Source: Clostridia bacterium
GTDB taxonomy: Bacteria; Bacillota; Clostridia; Christensenellales; UBA1242
DNA: 64,000 nt
Direction of reading: 5' to 3'
Assembly (NCBI GenBank): GCA_017409005.1
Contig: JAFQTP010000002.1
Span: 162,943-226,942, forward strand
Made by a program: the position numbers and the translations under genes. Shown here piece after piece: positions 9,847-18,279 of this stretch. The notes beneath the pieces are model-generated. The model did not search any database and was not told the DNA's origin. It saw only the letters and a list, made by a program, of their open reading frames with translations. Every line of letters begins with the position of its first letter. Position 1 is the stretch's first letter.

Positions 9847-10665
9847 TTAATAAACATCGCTTTTTGTAAGTAGTAGTGTTCCAAGCACATTATATATAAT
9901 TGCCCAAACTACCGATACAATCACACAAACAACAAGAGTTAAAATGTTGCTGCTTAGGCAAGCGTAAACCGACGAACCATATAAAAATATGTTTAAAATG
10001 CTAGAATTTCCAACAATTGCTGCAGCGCCAATAATTAAAATGCCAGTTCCAAAAAAGAACGACGAAGCAATTGAAATGCCAAAAAATTTTCTAAAAATAA
10101 CATTTAAAAATGTGTATAAACTAGCCCAACCCAAACTTAAAACAATTTTGCTTAAAAGGGCTATAATTAACGAGCCAGCATTAACTGCAAAACTTGCTTG
10201 TGTTAGTGCTCCTGCAAGCACTCCACCAATTAGGTAAGTTATGCACATGCAAGCCATTGAAAACGCACCAACTAAACTTTTACTAATCATGTAGTCTTGT
10301 TTTTTAGCGTGTGTGGTAAAAAGTTGTTTAACATATCCACTTTTATAATCGTGTCCAATAAAAATTGAAACCATAATTCCACCAAAAATAAACACCATGT
10401 TCATGTTGGCATATTCTGCAATTGAATTAACAACATAAAGAGGTTCGTTTGCTGCCACAATTTGCCAAGTGTTTGTATAAAGTTTGGTAACTCCCTCGGC
10501 AGTTTCCATGTTTGTCATACCCAAAATCATTGCCGGAATAATTGCTGCAACAGCTAAAAATATGTAAAACATTGGAGTGTGAAAAAGTCTGTAAAAATCT
10601 ACACCAAGCATTCCTTTAATGCGTTTAAAGAAAGTTGGCGATTCAAATTTAATTTCTTTGTTCAT
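9847..10665 (-). CDS. ABC-2 type transporter permease (module 1)
   Basis: Multi-TM protein with a 1-nt gap after its ATPase gene. Confidence 0.8.
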   Translation of the reverse strand: MNKEIKFESPTFFKRIKGMLGVDFYRLFHTPMFYIFLAVAAIIPAMILGMTNMETAEGVTKLYTNTWQIVAANEPLYVVNSIAEYANMNMVFIFGGIMVSIFIGHDYKSGYVKQLFTTHAKKQDYMISKSLVGAFSMACMCITYLIGGVLAGALTQASFAVNAGSLIIALLSKIVLSLGWASLYTFLNVIFRKFFGISIASSFFFGTGILIIGAAAIVGNSSILNIFLYGSSVYACLSSNILTLVVCVIVSVVWAIIYNVLGTLLLTKSDVY

Positions 10666-10666
10666 T

Positions 10667-11566
10667 CTACTTCTCCTTTTTGCTCATAAGTTCAATATAG
10701 TATTCTTCCAAACCAATTTTGTTTTTGGTAATTTCACTAACAACATGTCCGGCTTTAATTAGTTCTTCAACAATGTGTTCGGTGTTATCAACATCGTAAA
10801 TTCTAATATAGCCATCTTCTTCTCTAACATCTTTAAATTTTTTACTTAATACTTTTTTTGCCTCGTTAAGGTTTTTGGTTTTAACCGAGGTAAACACACG
10901 TGCCCTTGCTTCCATATCTTTAGCCGAAATTTCTTGAATCATTTTGCCTTGCCTAATAATGCCATAGTGTGTAGCAATTTTTTCAAGTTCGCCCAAAATA
11001 TGCGACGAAATTAAAACTGTGCAATTATAGTTTTTAGTAATATCTACCAAAATTTCACGCATAATGCGCATGCCATCGGCATCTAAACCATTAATTGGTT
11101 CGTCTAAAATTAAAAGTGCAGGTTCGCCAAGCAGTGCCATTGCAATTCCAATGCGTTGTTTCATTCCAAGCGAGCAACTTTTAAATTTTATTTTTGCCGA
11201 ATCTTCCATTCTAACAATTTTTAAAACACGTTCAATTTCTTGAGCAGGGTTTTCAAGCCCCAAATTAATTGCTTGCATCATAAGGTTATCCCACACGCTA
11301 GAGGCAGGAAAACAGCCCGCGTTTTCAATTAAAGCGCCAACTTTTGCTCTAACTCCAGCATCGGTGTAAGGTTTTCCAAACAACTTAATTTCGCCATCGG
11401 TTGGAACAAGGTGCCCGCAAATAAGTTTTTCGGTGGTCGATTTTCCACTTCCGTTTTCGCCAATAAAACCATAAATTGAACCTACTGGTACGGTCATGTT
11501 TAAATGGTCTACAGCATACAAACCTTTAAAGCTTTTGCTAAGGTTTCTAATTTCAATAGCATTCAT
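10667..11566 (-). CDS. ABC transporter ATP-binding protein (module 1)
   Basis: Walker A GENGSGKST, signature SLGMKQR, Walker B LLILDEP. Very similar to 8930..9832. Confidence 0.9.
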   Translation of the reverse strand: MNAIEIRNLSKSFKGLYAVDHLNMTVPVGSIYGFIGENGSGKSTTEKLICGHLVPTDGEIKLFGKPYTDAGVRAKVGALIENAGCFPASSVWDNLMMQAINLGLENPAQEIERVLKIVRMEDSAKIKFKSCSLGMKQRIGIAMALLGEPALLILDEPINGLDADGMRIMREILVDITKNYNCTVLISSHILGELEKIATHYGIIRQGKMIQEISAKDMEARARVFTSVKTKNLNEAKKVLSKKFKDVREEDGYIRIYDVDNTEHIVEELIKAGHVVSEITKNKIGLEEYYIELMSKKEK

Positions 11567-11659
11567 TAAACTTCTCCTATAATTTTTTTGTGTTAAAACA
11601 CAATTTTGTTTTTACAAATTAATTGTAACATTTAAAATCTTTTAACCCATTAAATAAAA

Positions 11660-11687
11660 TGTAAAGGTTTTGTAAAAGTTTTGTAAA
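11660..11687 (-). promoter_or_regulatory. three direct TTTACA repeats in 11-bp phase upstream of the tandem ABC operon
   Basis: Minus strand reads TTTACAAAACT TTTACAAAACC TTTACA. The proximal repeat starts 38 nt upstream of the extended -10 TGTTACAAT (11630-11622). Confidence 0.6.
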
Positions 11688-11699
11688 CACACAAAAGGT

Positions 11700-11733
11700 A
11701 AAAAAACAACAACACTTGTTATTAGTGTTGTTG
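11700..11733 (-). terminator. rho-independent terminator after the GDSL gene
   Basis: CAACAACACT / AGTGTTGTTG stem, then T7 on the minus strand. Confidence 0.8.
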
Positions 11734-11758
11734 ACTATAATTTTTTATTAAATTTTGT

Positions 11759-12472
11759 TTATAAAAGTTGTTCTAAAATAGGTGTTATAACACCAGTTAT
11801 AACATCATATCCGGCAGGGGTTAAATGCCCACCATCGGTTGTGTATTGTGGCTTAATTCCGTTACTTTCTAAATCAAATAAAGGTGTAAATAAATCAATA
11901 AACGTACAACCATATTTTTTTGCAATTAACTCAATTTTAACATTATTAAAACAAGCAAGTTCGTTGTTAATTCCCCAAATTTCGCCGTTCATAGCAGTAA
12001 GCGAAAGTAGCACAATTTTGCTGTTAGGAAGATTTGTGGTTAAACCTTTAACAATGTTTTCGTAGTTATCAAACATTGTTTTAAAATTGTTTGCACCAAT
12101 TAGCATTACCACAACTTTTGGTTGTAAATCATAAACCGAAACTTTTAGTCGTTTTTCTAAATCGAAAGTGGTGTCGCCACCAATTCCGCGGTTTTCAACT
12201 TTAAACTGAGGGTAGTAGTTATCAACATCATATCCGTCGGTTAAACTATCACCTAAAAAAGCAACGTCAACTTCGCCACTGGCATATTGTGCATTTTCTG
12301 TTTCGTAAGTGGCATATTTTGCATTTCTATAGGCTTCAACGGCTTCTAGCCATTCTTGTTTTTTCTTATATTCAGGAATAACATAAACAAACACAACTAA
12401 CACACTTGCTAAAAGCAGTGTTGCCAGCACCGAACAAATTGTTATTATAATAATCTTTTTCTTTTTACTCAT
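11759..12472 (-). CDS. membrane-anchored SGNH/GDSL hydrolase
   Basis: N-terminal TM helix. Block I FLGDSLTDG, block III IGANN, block V DGGHLTPAGY. Confidence 0.85.
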   Translation of the reverse strand: MSKKKKIIIITICSVLATLLLASVLVVFVYVIPEYKKKQEWLEAVEAYRNAKYATYETENAQYASGEVDVAFLGDSLTDGYDVDNYYPQFKVENRGIGGDTTFDLEKRLKVSVYDLQPKVVVMLIGANNFKTMFDNYENIVKGLTTNLPNSKIVLLSLTAMNGEIWGINNELACFNNVKIELIAKKYGCTFIDLFTPLFDLESNGIKPQYTTDGGHLTPAGYDVITGVITPILEQLL

Positions 12473-12507
12473 ATTAACACCATCTTTACTATAACTTGGT
12501 TAAAAAA

Positions 12508-13632
12508 TTAAAACCACGAAATTAACTTGCTTGCGTCGCACTCAATTAAAAATAGGTCGTTAACTTTTTTAAATCCAATTTTTTTGTAAAGCTTAAAAGG
12601 TGCTCCGGTTTCGTCTTCGTAGGTTGTTCCGTCAACTTTCGAAATTTTATATTTTTTAATTGCCGTTTCAAACACTTTTGAAATTAGTTTAATTGCTGTG
12701 CCTGTTTTTCTAAAATTAGGGTCAACCGAAATTTCTTCAACCATTAAGTGATTTCCGTCTGCCCATGGTTTTATGTATGAAAATGTAAAACCAACAACTT
12801 TACCCTCTTTTTTAGCAACATAGAACAAGTCGGGTTGAAGTTTAAAGTAAAACTCGCAAATTGCAAGCGAACTAGCGTCGGTCCAACCCTCAGATAGCAC
12901 GTTTGAATTATAAATATCTTTCAAAATTTTAGCACACCCAACTAAATCGGCTTTACTTGCTTTAACAATTTCGCCATTAATTTCGTCGAAATTAATTTCC
13001 GAATGAACTTGCAAAATAATTACACGAGTGTTGGTTTCGTTAATAAACACGCCCTCGTGTGCAATTTCAAAAATCTCTTCGTCGGTTTTTAATTTGTAAT
13101 TAATTTTAATGTTTGATTTATATGAATATTCAATGTTGTCGTAGTGCCCGAATTTGCTATCGGCTTCGGTGTAGCTTCCTTTAAGCATTTGCTCAAGTAA
13201 GGCGTTTCTATCGCAAGAGCCAACATCAATTTCGGTTTCGGCGCTTAAATTAAAGTTGTTAAAAATAGGCTCTTCGTTTAAATCAGTTAAACTTGAAACA
13301 ATGTTATGCGTTTTAAATAGGTCAGAAAGTTTAATTCCGTTGTGTTTTTGGTTTAAGGCATTTTCTAAACAAAAATCGATGCTTGTATCTTTAAATGCAA
13401 CCAACAACCTAACAACTTTGTTATTTTTATAAAAAACAATAGCGTTATGTTTGTTTCCAATTGGCAAATTGTCAAGGTTAGATGTAATAATGCAGTTGCA
13501 ATTTTTAACCACTTTATATTTATCAAATGGAATTTTGTTTTCGCTAAAACCATCGGTAAAACAACCATTAAAAAGTTCAAATTGATTTCTGTGTTGCTCG
13601 GTCCACAAGTCAACAGTGTTAATTTTATTCAT
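12508..13632 (-). CDS. hypothetical protein with C-terminal GNAT acetyltransferase domain
   Basis: The C-terminal approx. 130 aa has a GNAT motif A-like region (VEEISVDPNFRKTGTAIKLISKVFE). The N-terminal approx. 230 aa is unrecognised. Confidence 0.65.
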   Translation of the reverse strand: MNKINTVDLWTEQHRNQFELFNGCFTDGFSENKIPFDKYKVVKNCNCIITSNLDNLPIGNKHNAIVFYKNNKVVRLLVAFKDTSIDFCLENALNQKHNGIKLSDLFKTHNIVSSLTDLNEEPIFNNFNLSAETEIDVGSCDRNALLEQMLKGSYTEADSKFGHYDNIEYSYKSNIKINYKLKTDEEIFEIAHEGVFINETNTRVIILQVHSEINFDEINGEIVKASKADLVGCAKILKDIYNSNVLSEGWTDASSLAICEFYFKLQPDLFYVAKKEGKVVGFTFSYIKPWADGNHLMVEEISVDPNFRKTGTAIKLISKVFETAIKKYKISKVDGTTYEDETGAPFKLYKKIGFKKVNDLFLIECDASKLISWF

Positions 13633-13648
13633 ATTTTTTCCTCTAAAA

Positions 13649-14002
13649 TTAGTCTTTATTATATTTTTTTAAAGTTAATTCAATGCTTAACTTGTCTAAG
13701 CCAGGTAATGTATTTAACAAATAAAGTTTATTTAAACACTCAATTGCCTCTGGTGTTAAAACATCAAACTCTAGGCATTTAGTTGCCACGCTTAATTTTA
13801 TTTTATCGTTGTTGCTTTGAAGCAGTGCTTTAAATAGTTGAGTTAAATATTTTTTGTCGGATTCAACATCTTTTAATAATTTAGAAATTTTGTTGTGAGC
13901 GGCATTGTGTTTTTTAACTTTATTTTTATCGGCATAATCGTTGGTGTTTGTAATGATGTCTTGAAAAATTTGCTCAAACATTTCGGCTGTTATTTTTTCC
14001 AT
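13649..14002 (-). CDS. hypothetical helical-repeat protein (DUF2019-like layout)
   Basis: 117-aa ORF with AAAGGA RBS, starting 22 nt after the tRNA 3' end. The family resemblance is from memory only. Confidence 0.5.
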   Translation of the reverse strand: MEKITAEMFEQIFQDIITNTNDYADKNKVKKHNAAHNKISKLLKDVESDKKYLTQLFKALLQSNNDKIKLSVATKCLEFDVLTPEAIECLNKLYLLNTLPGLDKLSIELTLKKYNKD

Positions 14003-14024
14003 AACTAAAATCCTTTTAAATTAT

Positions 14025-14099
14025 TGGTGTGCCCAGAAGGACTCGAACCCTCACTAATGGTTCCGAAGACCATTGTGCTATCCGTTACACCATGGGCAC
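14025..14099 (-). tRNA. tRNA-Arg (anticodon UCG)
   Basis: Hand-folded cloverleaf: acceptor GTGCCCA/TGGGCAC, D arm GTGT/GCAC, anticodon arm ATGGT-CTTCGGA-ACCAT, T arm GAGGG-TTCGAGT-CCTTC, encoded CCA. Confidence 0.9.
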
Positions 14100-14154
14100 A
14101 TAAAGTATAAGTGGTGTTAATATTAAATTTAAAGTTTGCGGAACCATTAGTGAG
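14050..14154. repeat. 16-bp inverted repeat bracketing the tRNA 5' half and its promoter
   Basis: CTCACTAATGGTTCCG (14050-14065, inside the tRNA) versus CGGAACCATTAGTGAG (14139-14154). Perfect reverse complements. Confidence 0.85.
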
Positions 14155-14158
14155 TTTT
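14059..14158. repeat. 100-bp direct repeat copy 1 (tRNA-Arg 5' half plus upstream region)
   Basis: Near-identical to 14279-14378 (220-bp offset, a handful of substitutions plus one indel). Confidence 0.85.
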
Positions 14159-14278
14159 TAGGGAGCCCAAACAAGTTAGGTGTTAGCCTAAGTTTTTTGG
14201 GGAAAGGAGAAACCAAGTTAAAATTAAATTTGCGAGTGTCCACGAGTAAATGAAAAACAAAACTTGAGTTTCGACGCG

Positions 14279-14319
14279 GTTCCGAAGACCACTAATGCTA
14301 TCCGTTACACCATAGGCAC
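14279..14319 (-). pseudogene. tRNA-Arg(UCG) 5'-half fragment (positions 1 to approx. 41)
   Basis: Sense strand reads GTGCCTATGGTGTAACGGATAGCATTAGTGGTCTTCGGAACC, then diverges. There is no T arm or acceptor 3' strand. It is part of the 100-bp duplication. Confidence 0.75.
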
Positions 14320-14378
14320 ATAAAGTATAAGTGGTGTTAATATTAAATTTAAAGTTTGCGGAACCATTATTGAGTTTT
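14279..14378. repeat. 100-bp direct repeat copy 2
   Basis: See copy 1. Carries the tRNA 5'-half fragment and the same upstream sequence, including TATACT. Confidence 0.85.
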
Positions 14379-14487
14379 GTTAGGAAATTTACCTAAAGAT
14401 TTAAATAGTGGTTTCTAACATAATTATATATTAATTTACTAAAATAAACATCTAAATTTTTGATATGTGGTTTTAAATTTTATATTT

Positions 14488-14504
14488 TTTACAAAACTTT
14501 TACA
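14488..14504 (+). promoter_or_regulatory. direct-repeat box TTTACAAAACTTTTACA upstream of the two-component operon
   Basis: Identical 17-mer to the ABC-operon site. The proximal repeat starts 38 nt upstream of TGGTAAAAT (14534-14542). Confidence 0.6.
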
Positions 14505-14570
14505 TTAAATTTAAAATATTTTGTTAATTAATATGGTAAAATGGTTGTGTAAAATAGGAGATATGGGCTT

Positions 14571-15245
14571 ATGAAAAAAATTTTGCTTGTAGAAGACGAT
14601 AAAGAACTAAACGAAATTGTTTGTTCCTATTTCAAGGATAACGGCTTTGAGGTTGTAGGTTGTTTTAATGGCTTAGAGGGATTAAAACTTTTCGAACAAA
14701 CCGAGTTTAACTTAATTTTAAGCGATATTATGATGCCTCAAATGGACGGCTTTACTTTCGTTGAAAAAGTTAGGGCAAAAAACAGCCAAATTCCAATTGT
14801 TTTCATGACTGCTAGAGACGATAAATTCTCGAAACAACTTGGTTACAAAATTGGTGTAGACGACTATATTGTTAAACCATTTGACCTAGACGAACTTGTG
14901 TTAAAAGTTGGTGCAATTTTAAGGCGTACCTCAGTTAAAGAAAGGGAAGAACTTATTTGCAAAAACTTAAAATTAGATTTAAACGAGCACATGGCTTATT
15001 TAGATGGTGTTGAACTTAACTTAACTGTTAGAGAGTTCGATTTACTTTATAAACTTTTATCTTACCCTAAAAAAACTTTCACACGCTCGCAACTTATGGA
15101 AGAATTTTGGGATTACGATAGTAGCGCCACTAGCCGAACAGTTGATGTTTATATGGCAAAACTACGTGATAAAACCAGCAAGTGCACAGGCTTTGAAATT
15201 GTAACTGTTCATGGGCTTGGATATAAGGTGGTGTTAAATGATTAA
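14571..15245 (+). CDS. OmpR/PhoB-family response regulator
   Basis: Receiver domain (EDD..., LILSDIMMPQMDG, VKPF) plus a winged-helix output domain (LTVREFDLLYKLL...VHGLGYKV). Confidence 0.92.
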   Translation: MKKILLVEDDKELNEIVCSYFKDNGFEVVGCFNGLEGLKLFEQTEFNLILSDIMMPQMDGFTFVEKVRAKNSQIPIVFMTARDDKFSKQLGYKIGVDDYIVKPFDLDELVLKVGAILRRTSVKEREELICKNLKLDLNEHMAYLDGVELNLTVREFDLLYKLLSYPKKTFTRSQLMEEFWDYDSSATSRTVDVYMAKLRDKTSKCTGFEIVTVHGLGYKVVLND

Positions 15246-16290
15246 ACGTAATAAGCCCGATAAGGTGGGTTTTTCGTTTGCAGGATTCTTCTTTTTAATT
15301 TTGGCTGTTGGATTTGCAGCAACTGCTTCAATATTTGTTTATTATTTTGCAACAATTTATGCTGGTGGCAACATTTGGGTGGTTATGCCATCGGTTTTAA
15401 TAATTATAATTTTATGTGCACTATTCTATTCGTTTTTAGATATTTGGCGTCGTAAAGTTATGGTCGAGCGTCCAACAAGTTTAATTTTAGAAGCAACTAA
15501 ACGTATTTCTAGTGGCGATTTTGATGTTAAATTGGTTCCGTTTCATGAATATAAAGAATATGATGAATACGATTTAATTTTTGAAAACATTAATTTAATG
15601 GCTCGTGAGTTAAAGAAAAATGAACTACTTAAAACCGACTTTATTTCAAATGTTTCACACGAAATAAAAACGCCGCTTGCAGTGCTTCAAAACTATGCTA
15701 AAGCATTAAATAGTTCTAAATTAACCGAAGACAAACGCAAAGAATATTTAAACGGAATTATTATTCAAACTCAAAAACTATCTGGTTTAATTTCAAACAT
15801 TTTAAAACTTAACAAACTAGAAAATCAGGAACTTGTGCCAGAATTTAAAGAATTTGATTTGTCGGAACTTGTTAGGGTTTGTGCTCTAAATTTCGAAAGT
15901 TTACTAGAAAAAAAGAATTTAGAACTAGAGTGCGATATTGACGAGGTTAAAATTGTTAGTTCCGAAAGTTTGTTGGAAATTGTTTTAAACAACTTAATTT
16001 CAAATGCAATCAAATTTACCGATGAAGGCAAAATTTCTATAAGTTTAAAACAAGACAAAACTTATGCAACAATAAAAATTGCCGACACAGGCTGTGGCAT
16101 TAGCAAAGAGGTTGGCGAGCATATTTTCGACAAATTTTATCAAGCCGACACATCGCATAGTTCCGAGGGGAACGGTTTAGGTTTGGCTCTTGTAAAAAAA
16201 GTTATTGATGTTATTGGTGGCGAAATTTTTGTTGAAAGCAAAGTGGGTGCTGGCACCACCTTTATTGTTAAATTAAAAAAGGAAAACTAA
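15238..16290 (+). CDS. sensor histidine kinase, intramembrane-sensing type
   Basis: H box SHEIKTPL, N box LISNAIKFT, G boxes DTGCGI and GNGLGLALV. Two N-terminal TM segments are separated by only a few residues (YAGGNIW). ATGA overlap with the regulator gene. Confidence 0.9.
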   Translation: MIKRNKPDKVGFSFAGFFFLILAVGFAATASIFVYYFATIYAGGNIWVVMPSVLIIIILCALFYSFLDIWRRKVMVERPTSLILEATKRISSGDFDVKLVPFHEYKEYDEYDLIFENINLMARELKKNELLKTDFISNVSHEIKTPLAVLQNYAKALNSSKLTEDKRKEYLNGIIIQTQKLSGLISNILKLNKLENQELVPEFKEFDLSELVRVCALNFESLLEKKNLELECDIDEVKIVSSESLLEIVLNNLISNAIKFTDEGKISISLKQDKTYATIKIADTGCGISKEVGEHIFDKFYQADTSHSSEGNGLGLALVKKVIDVIGGEIFVESKVGAGTTFIVKLKKEN

Positions 16291-16291
16291 C

Positions 16292-17368
16292 ATGAATTTT
16301 ATTAAAAAGGTTTGGGACAAGTTAAAACAACCGCATGGGTTTTGGCTGGGTGTGTTTTACTTTGTGTTTGTTGTGGTTCTTGTTGCAACCTTAACACTAG
16401 TAATAATATCGCCCGAGCAAACCTTTTTGCACTATATTTTATATGTGGTTGCGGCACTTAGTTTAACCTATTTTGTTTATACTATTGTAATATTTGCTCC
16501 TAAAATGAAAAGCATGATAATTAATATGCTTAAAAAAAATAAAATAACGCGAACCATGCTTTCCGATTATGGTTATCGCACCATTGTGTTTAGCACATTC
16601 AGTTTTATTATTAATCTTGCCTACGTTGTTTTTCAGGGCACAATGGCAATAATGTCGGTTTCGGCATGGTATATTTCCATTACGTTTTATTATGTTATTT
16701 TAACAAGTGTTAAAGGAATAATTTTTTATTCTAAACGAAAACTTGGTAACACACTAACCCAACAAGCAAAAACCTATAGGGATTGTGGGGTGATGTTTAT
16801 TTTACTAACCGTAATTTTAATTGGTTTGCTTGTTTTACTTGGAGTAACCGATAACGGATTTGAATATGCTGGGCTTTTAATTTTTGTTGCTGCAACTTTC
16901 ACGTTTTATAAACTTAGCCTTTCAATTTATAACTACTTTAAGGCACGCAAAAGCCACGATTTTTATATTCAGGGCATACGTAACATTAATTTTGCAAGCG
17001 CGCTAGTATCGTTACTTACTCTTCAAGTTGCCATGATTCATGCTTTTTCGGAAGGTGGAAGCGCCACAAGCGGTGCCATGATTGGAAACATGGCAACCGG
17101 AGCAGCAATTGCTTTAATTATTTTAGGTTTGGGAATATTAATGGTTCGAAAGGCAAACATTGTTTTACAAGAGCAAGGCAAATATGAATATATGAACACA
17201 AAATCTGATTTACATGCAGTTAGTGTAACTAATAATCAAATTAAAATTAAAAACAAAACCAACAACGAAACAAATAATTTAAACATTTCAAAAAATGAAA
17301 CTAAAACAAACACAAATAACGTTAAACAAATAAAAAATGTTAAAGAGGATACAAATGAGCAAAAATAA
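16292..17368 (+). CDS. polytopic membrane protein, unknown function
   Basis: Starts 1 nt after the kinase stop. About 8 hydrophobic segments and an Asn/Lys-rich C-terminal tail. Confidence 0.7.
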   Translation: MNFIKKVWDKLKQPHGFWLGVFYFVFVVVLVATLTLVIISPEQTFLHYILYVVAALSLTYFVYTIVIFAPKMKSMIINMLKKNKITRTMLSDYGYRTIVFSTFSFIINLAYVVFQGTMAIMSVSAWYISITFYYVILTSVKGIIFYSKRKLGNTLTQQAKTYRDCGVMFILLTVILIGLLVLLGVTDNGFEYAGLLIFVAATFTFYKLSLSIYNYFKARKSHDFYIQGIRNINFASALVSLLTLQVAMIHAFSEGGSATSGAMIGNMATGAAIALIILGLGILMVRKANIVLQEQGKYEYMNTKSDLHAVSVTNNQIKIKNKTNNETNNLNISKNETKTNTNNVKQIKNVKEDTNEQK

Positions 17369-17756
17369 CGATAATAACGAATTTTCTTATTCTTATTCGG
17401 CACCAACAAATTCCGAACGCAAAGAAATTGAAAGTATTAGAAAAGCATATATGCCAAAAAATAGTCGCGAATCTAAACTTGAACTTTTAAGAAAATTAGA
17501 TTCCATTGTTAATAATGTTCCAATGGCGGTGGGGATTATGTTTGGCGTAATTGGTACATTAATTTTTGGTTTAGGATTAACAATGATTCTTGAGTGGCAA
17601 TTAATTGTTTGGGGTGTTGTTGTAAGCATTGTTGGAATTGTTCCAATTGGAATTGCATATCCGGCATATTTAAAAACAACTAAACACCTTAAAAACAAAT
17701 ATTCGAGCCAAATTTTAAAACTTTCCGATGAACTTTTGGGCGAAGATAATGAATAA
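17355..17756 (+). CDS. small two-TM membrane protein (paralog of 20009..20362)
   Basis: ATG at 17355 preceded by AAGAGGA. Charged N-terminal helix, two TM helices, C-terminal KYSSQILKLSDELL. Confidence 0.7.
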   Translation: MSKNNDNNEFSYSYSAPTNSERKEIESIRKAYMPKNSRESKLELLRKLDSIVNNVPMAVGIMFGVIGTLIFGLGLTMILEWQLIVWGVVVSIVGIVPIGIAYPAYLKTTKHLKNKYSSQILKLSDELLGEDNE

Positions 17757-18279
17757 CGAATTGGATGTTTTAACCCTTATTGTTAAAAAAGAACAATTTA
17801 ATACTATTTTAGAAAACTATATGCTTTTAGGTTGGACTTTAACCGAAAAAACTGAAAATAACAGATACGAAGATTTGCTTGATGTTAAACTAACTCGTCC
17901 GCACAAAATTGACAATAAAGACGATCTTCAACTTTTGCAAATTTACATGGAAGAAAATTTAAATGAACAAGCAAAACTAAAAAAGTTTAAACATGCTGGG
18001 TCAACCACTTTTAGTGCAATTGTGGGCGTTTTAGGTTTGGCGCTTATGGCGTTTGGAATTTTGTTTGCAACAAATGTGTTTCAAATTGTTGGATTAATTG
18101 GTGGAATTATTATGGCTGTTTGTGGCTTAGTTGTGTTAGGGTTGCAGGGCTTTGGCGCAATTAAATTGTTTAAGCTTGAACGAAAAAAATTTGAAACAAA
18201 ACAAACAAATATGCAAGAACAATTAAAACACTTGCAAAAAAAGGCTCGTGATTTTTTTGGAGGCGAAAATGAAAAATAA
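17749..18279 (+). CDS. two-TM membrane protein, unknown function
   Basis: ATG at 17749 overlaps the upstream stop. Soluble N-domain, two TM helices, charged C-terminal helix. Confidence 0.65.
   Translation: MNNELDVLTLIVKKEQFNTILENYMLLGWTLTEKTENNRYEDLLDVKLTRPHKIDNKDDLQLLQIYMEENLNEQAKLKKFKHAGSTTFSAIVGVLGLALMAFGILFATNVFQIVGLIGGIIMAVCGLVVLGLQGFGAIKLFKLERKKFETKQTNMQEQLKHLQKKARDFFGGENEK

Larger units (their letters stand above)
8104..11566 (-). repeat. tandem duplication of an ATPase-permease ABC module
   Basis: Gene order is ATPase-permease-ATPase-permease. The ATPase genes share long identical nucleotide runs, e.g. a 51-nt run at 9392-9442 = 11126-11176. Confidence 0.85.
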
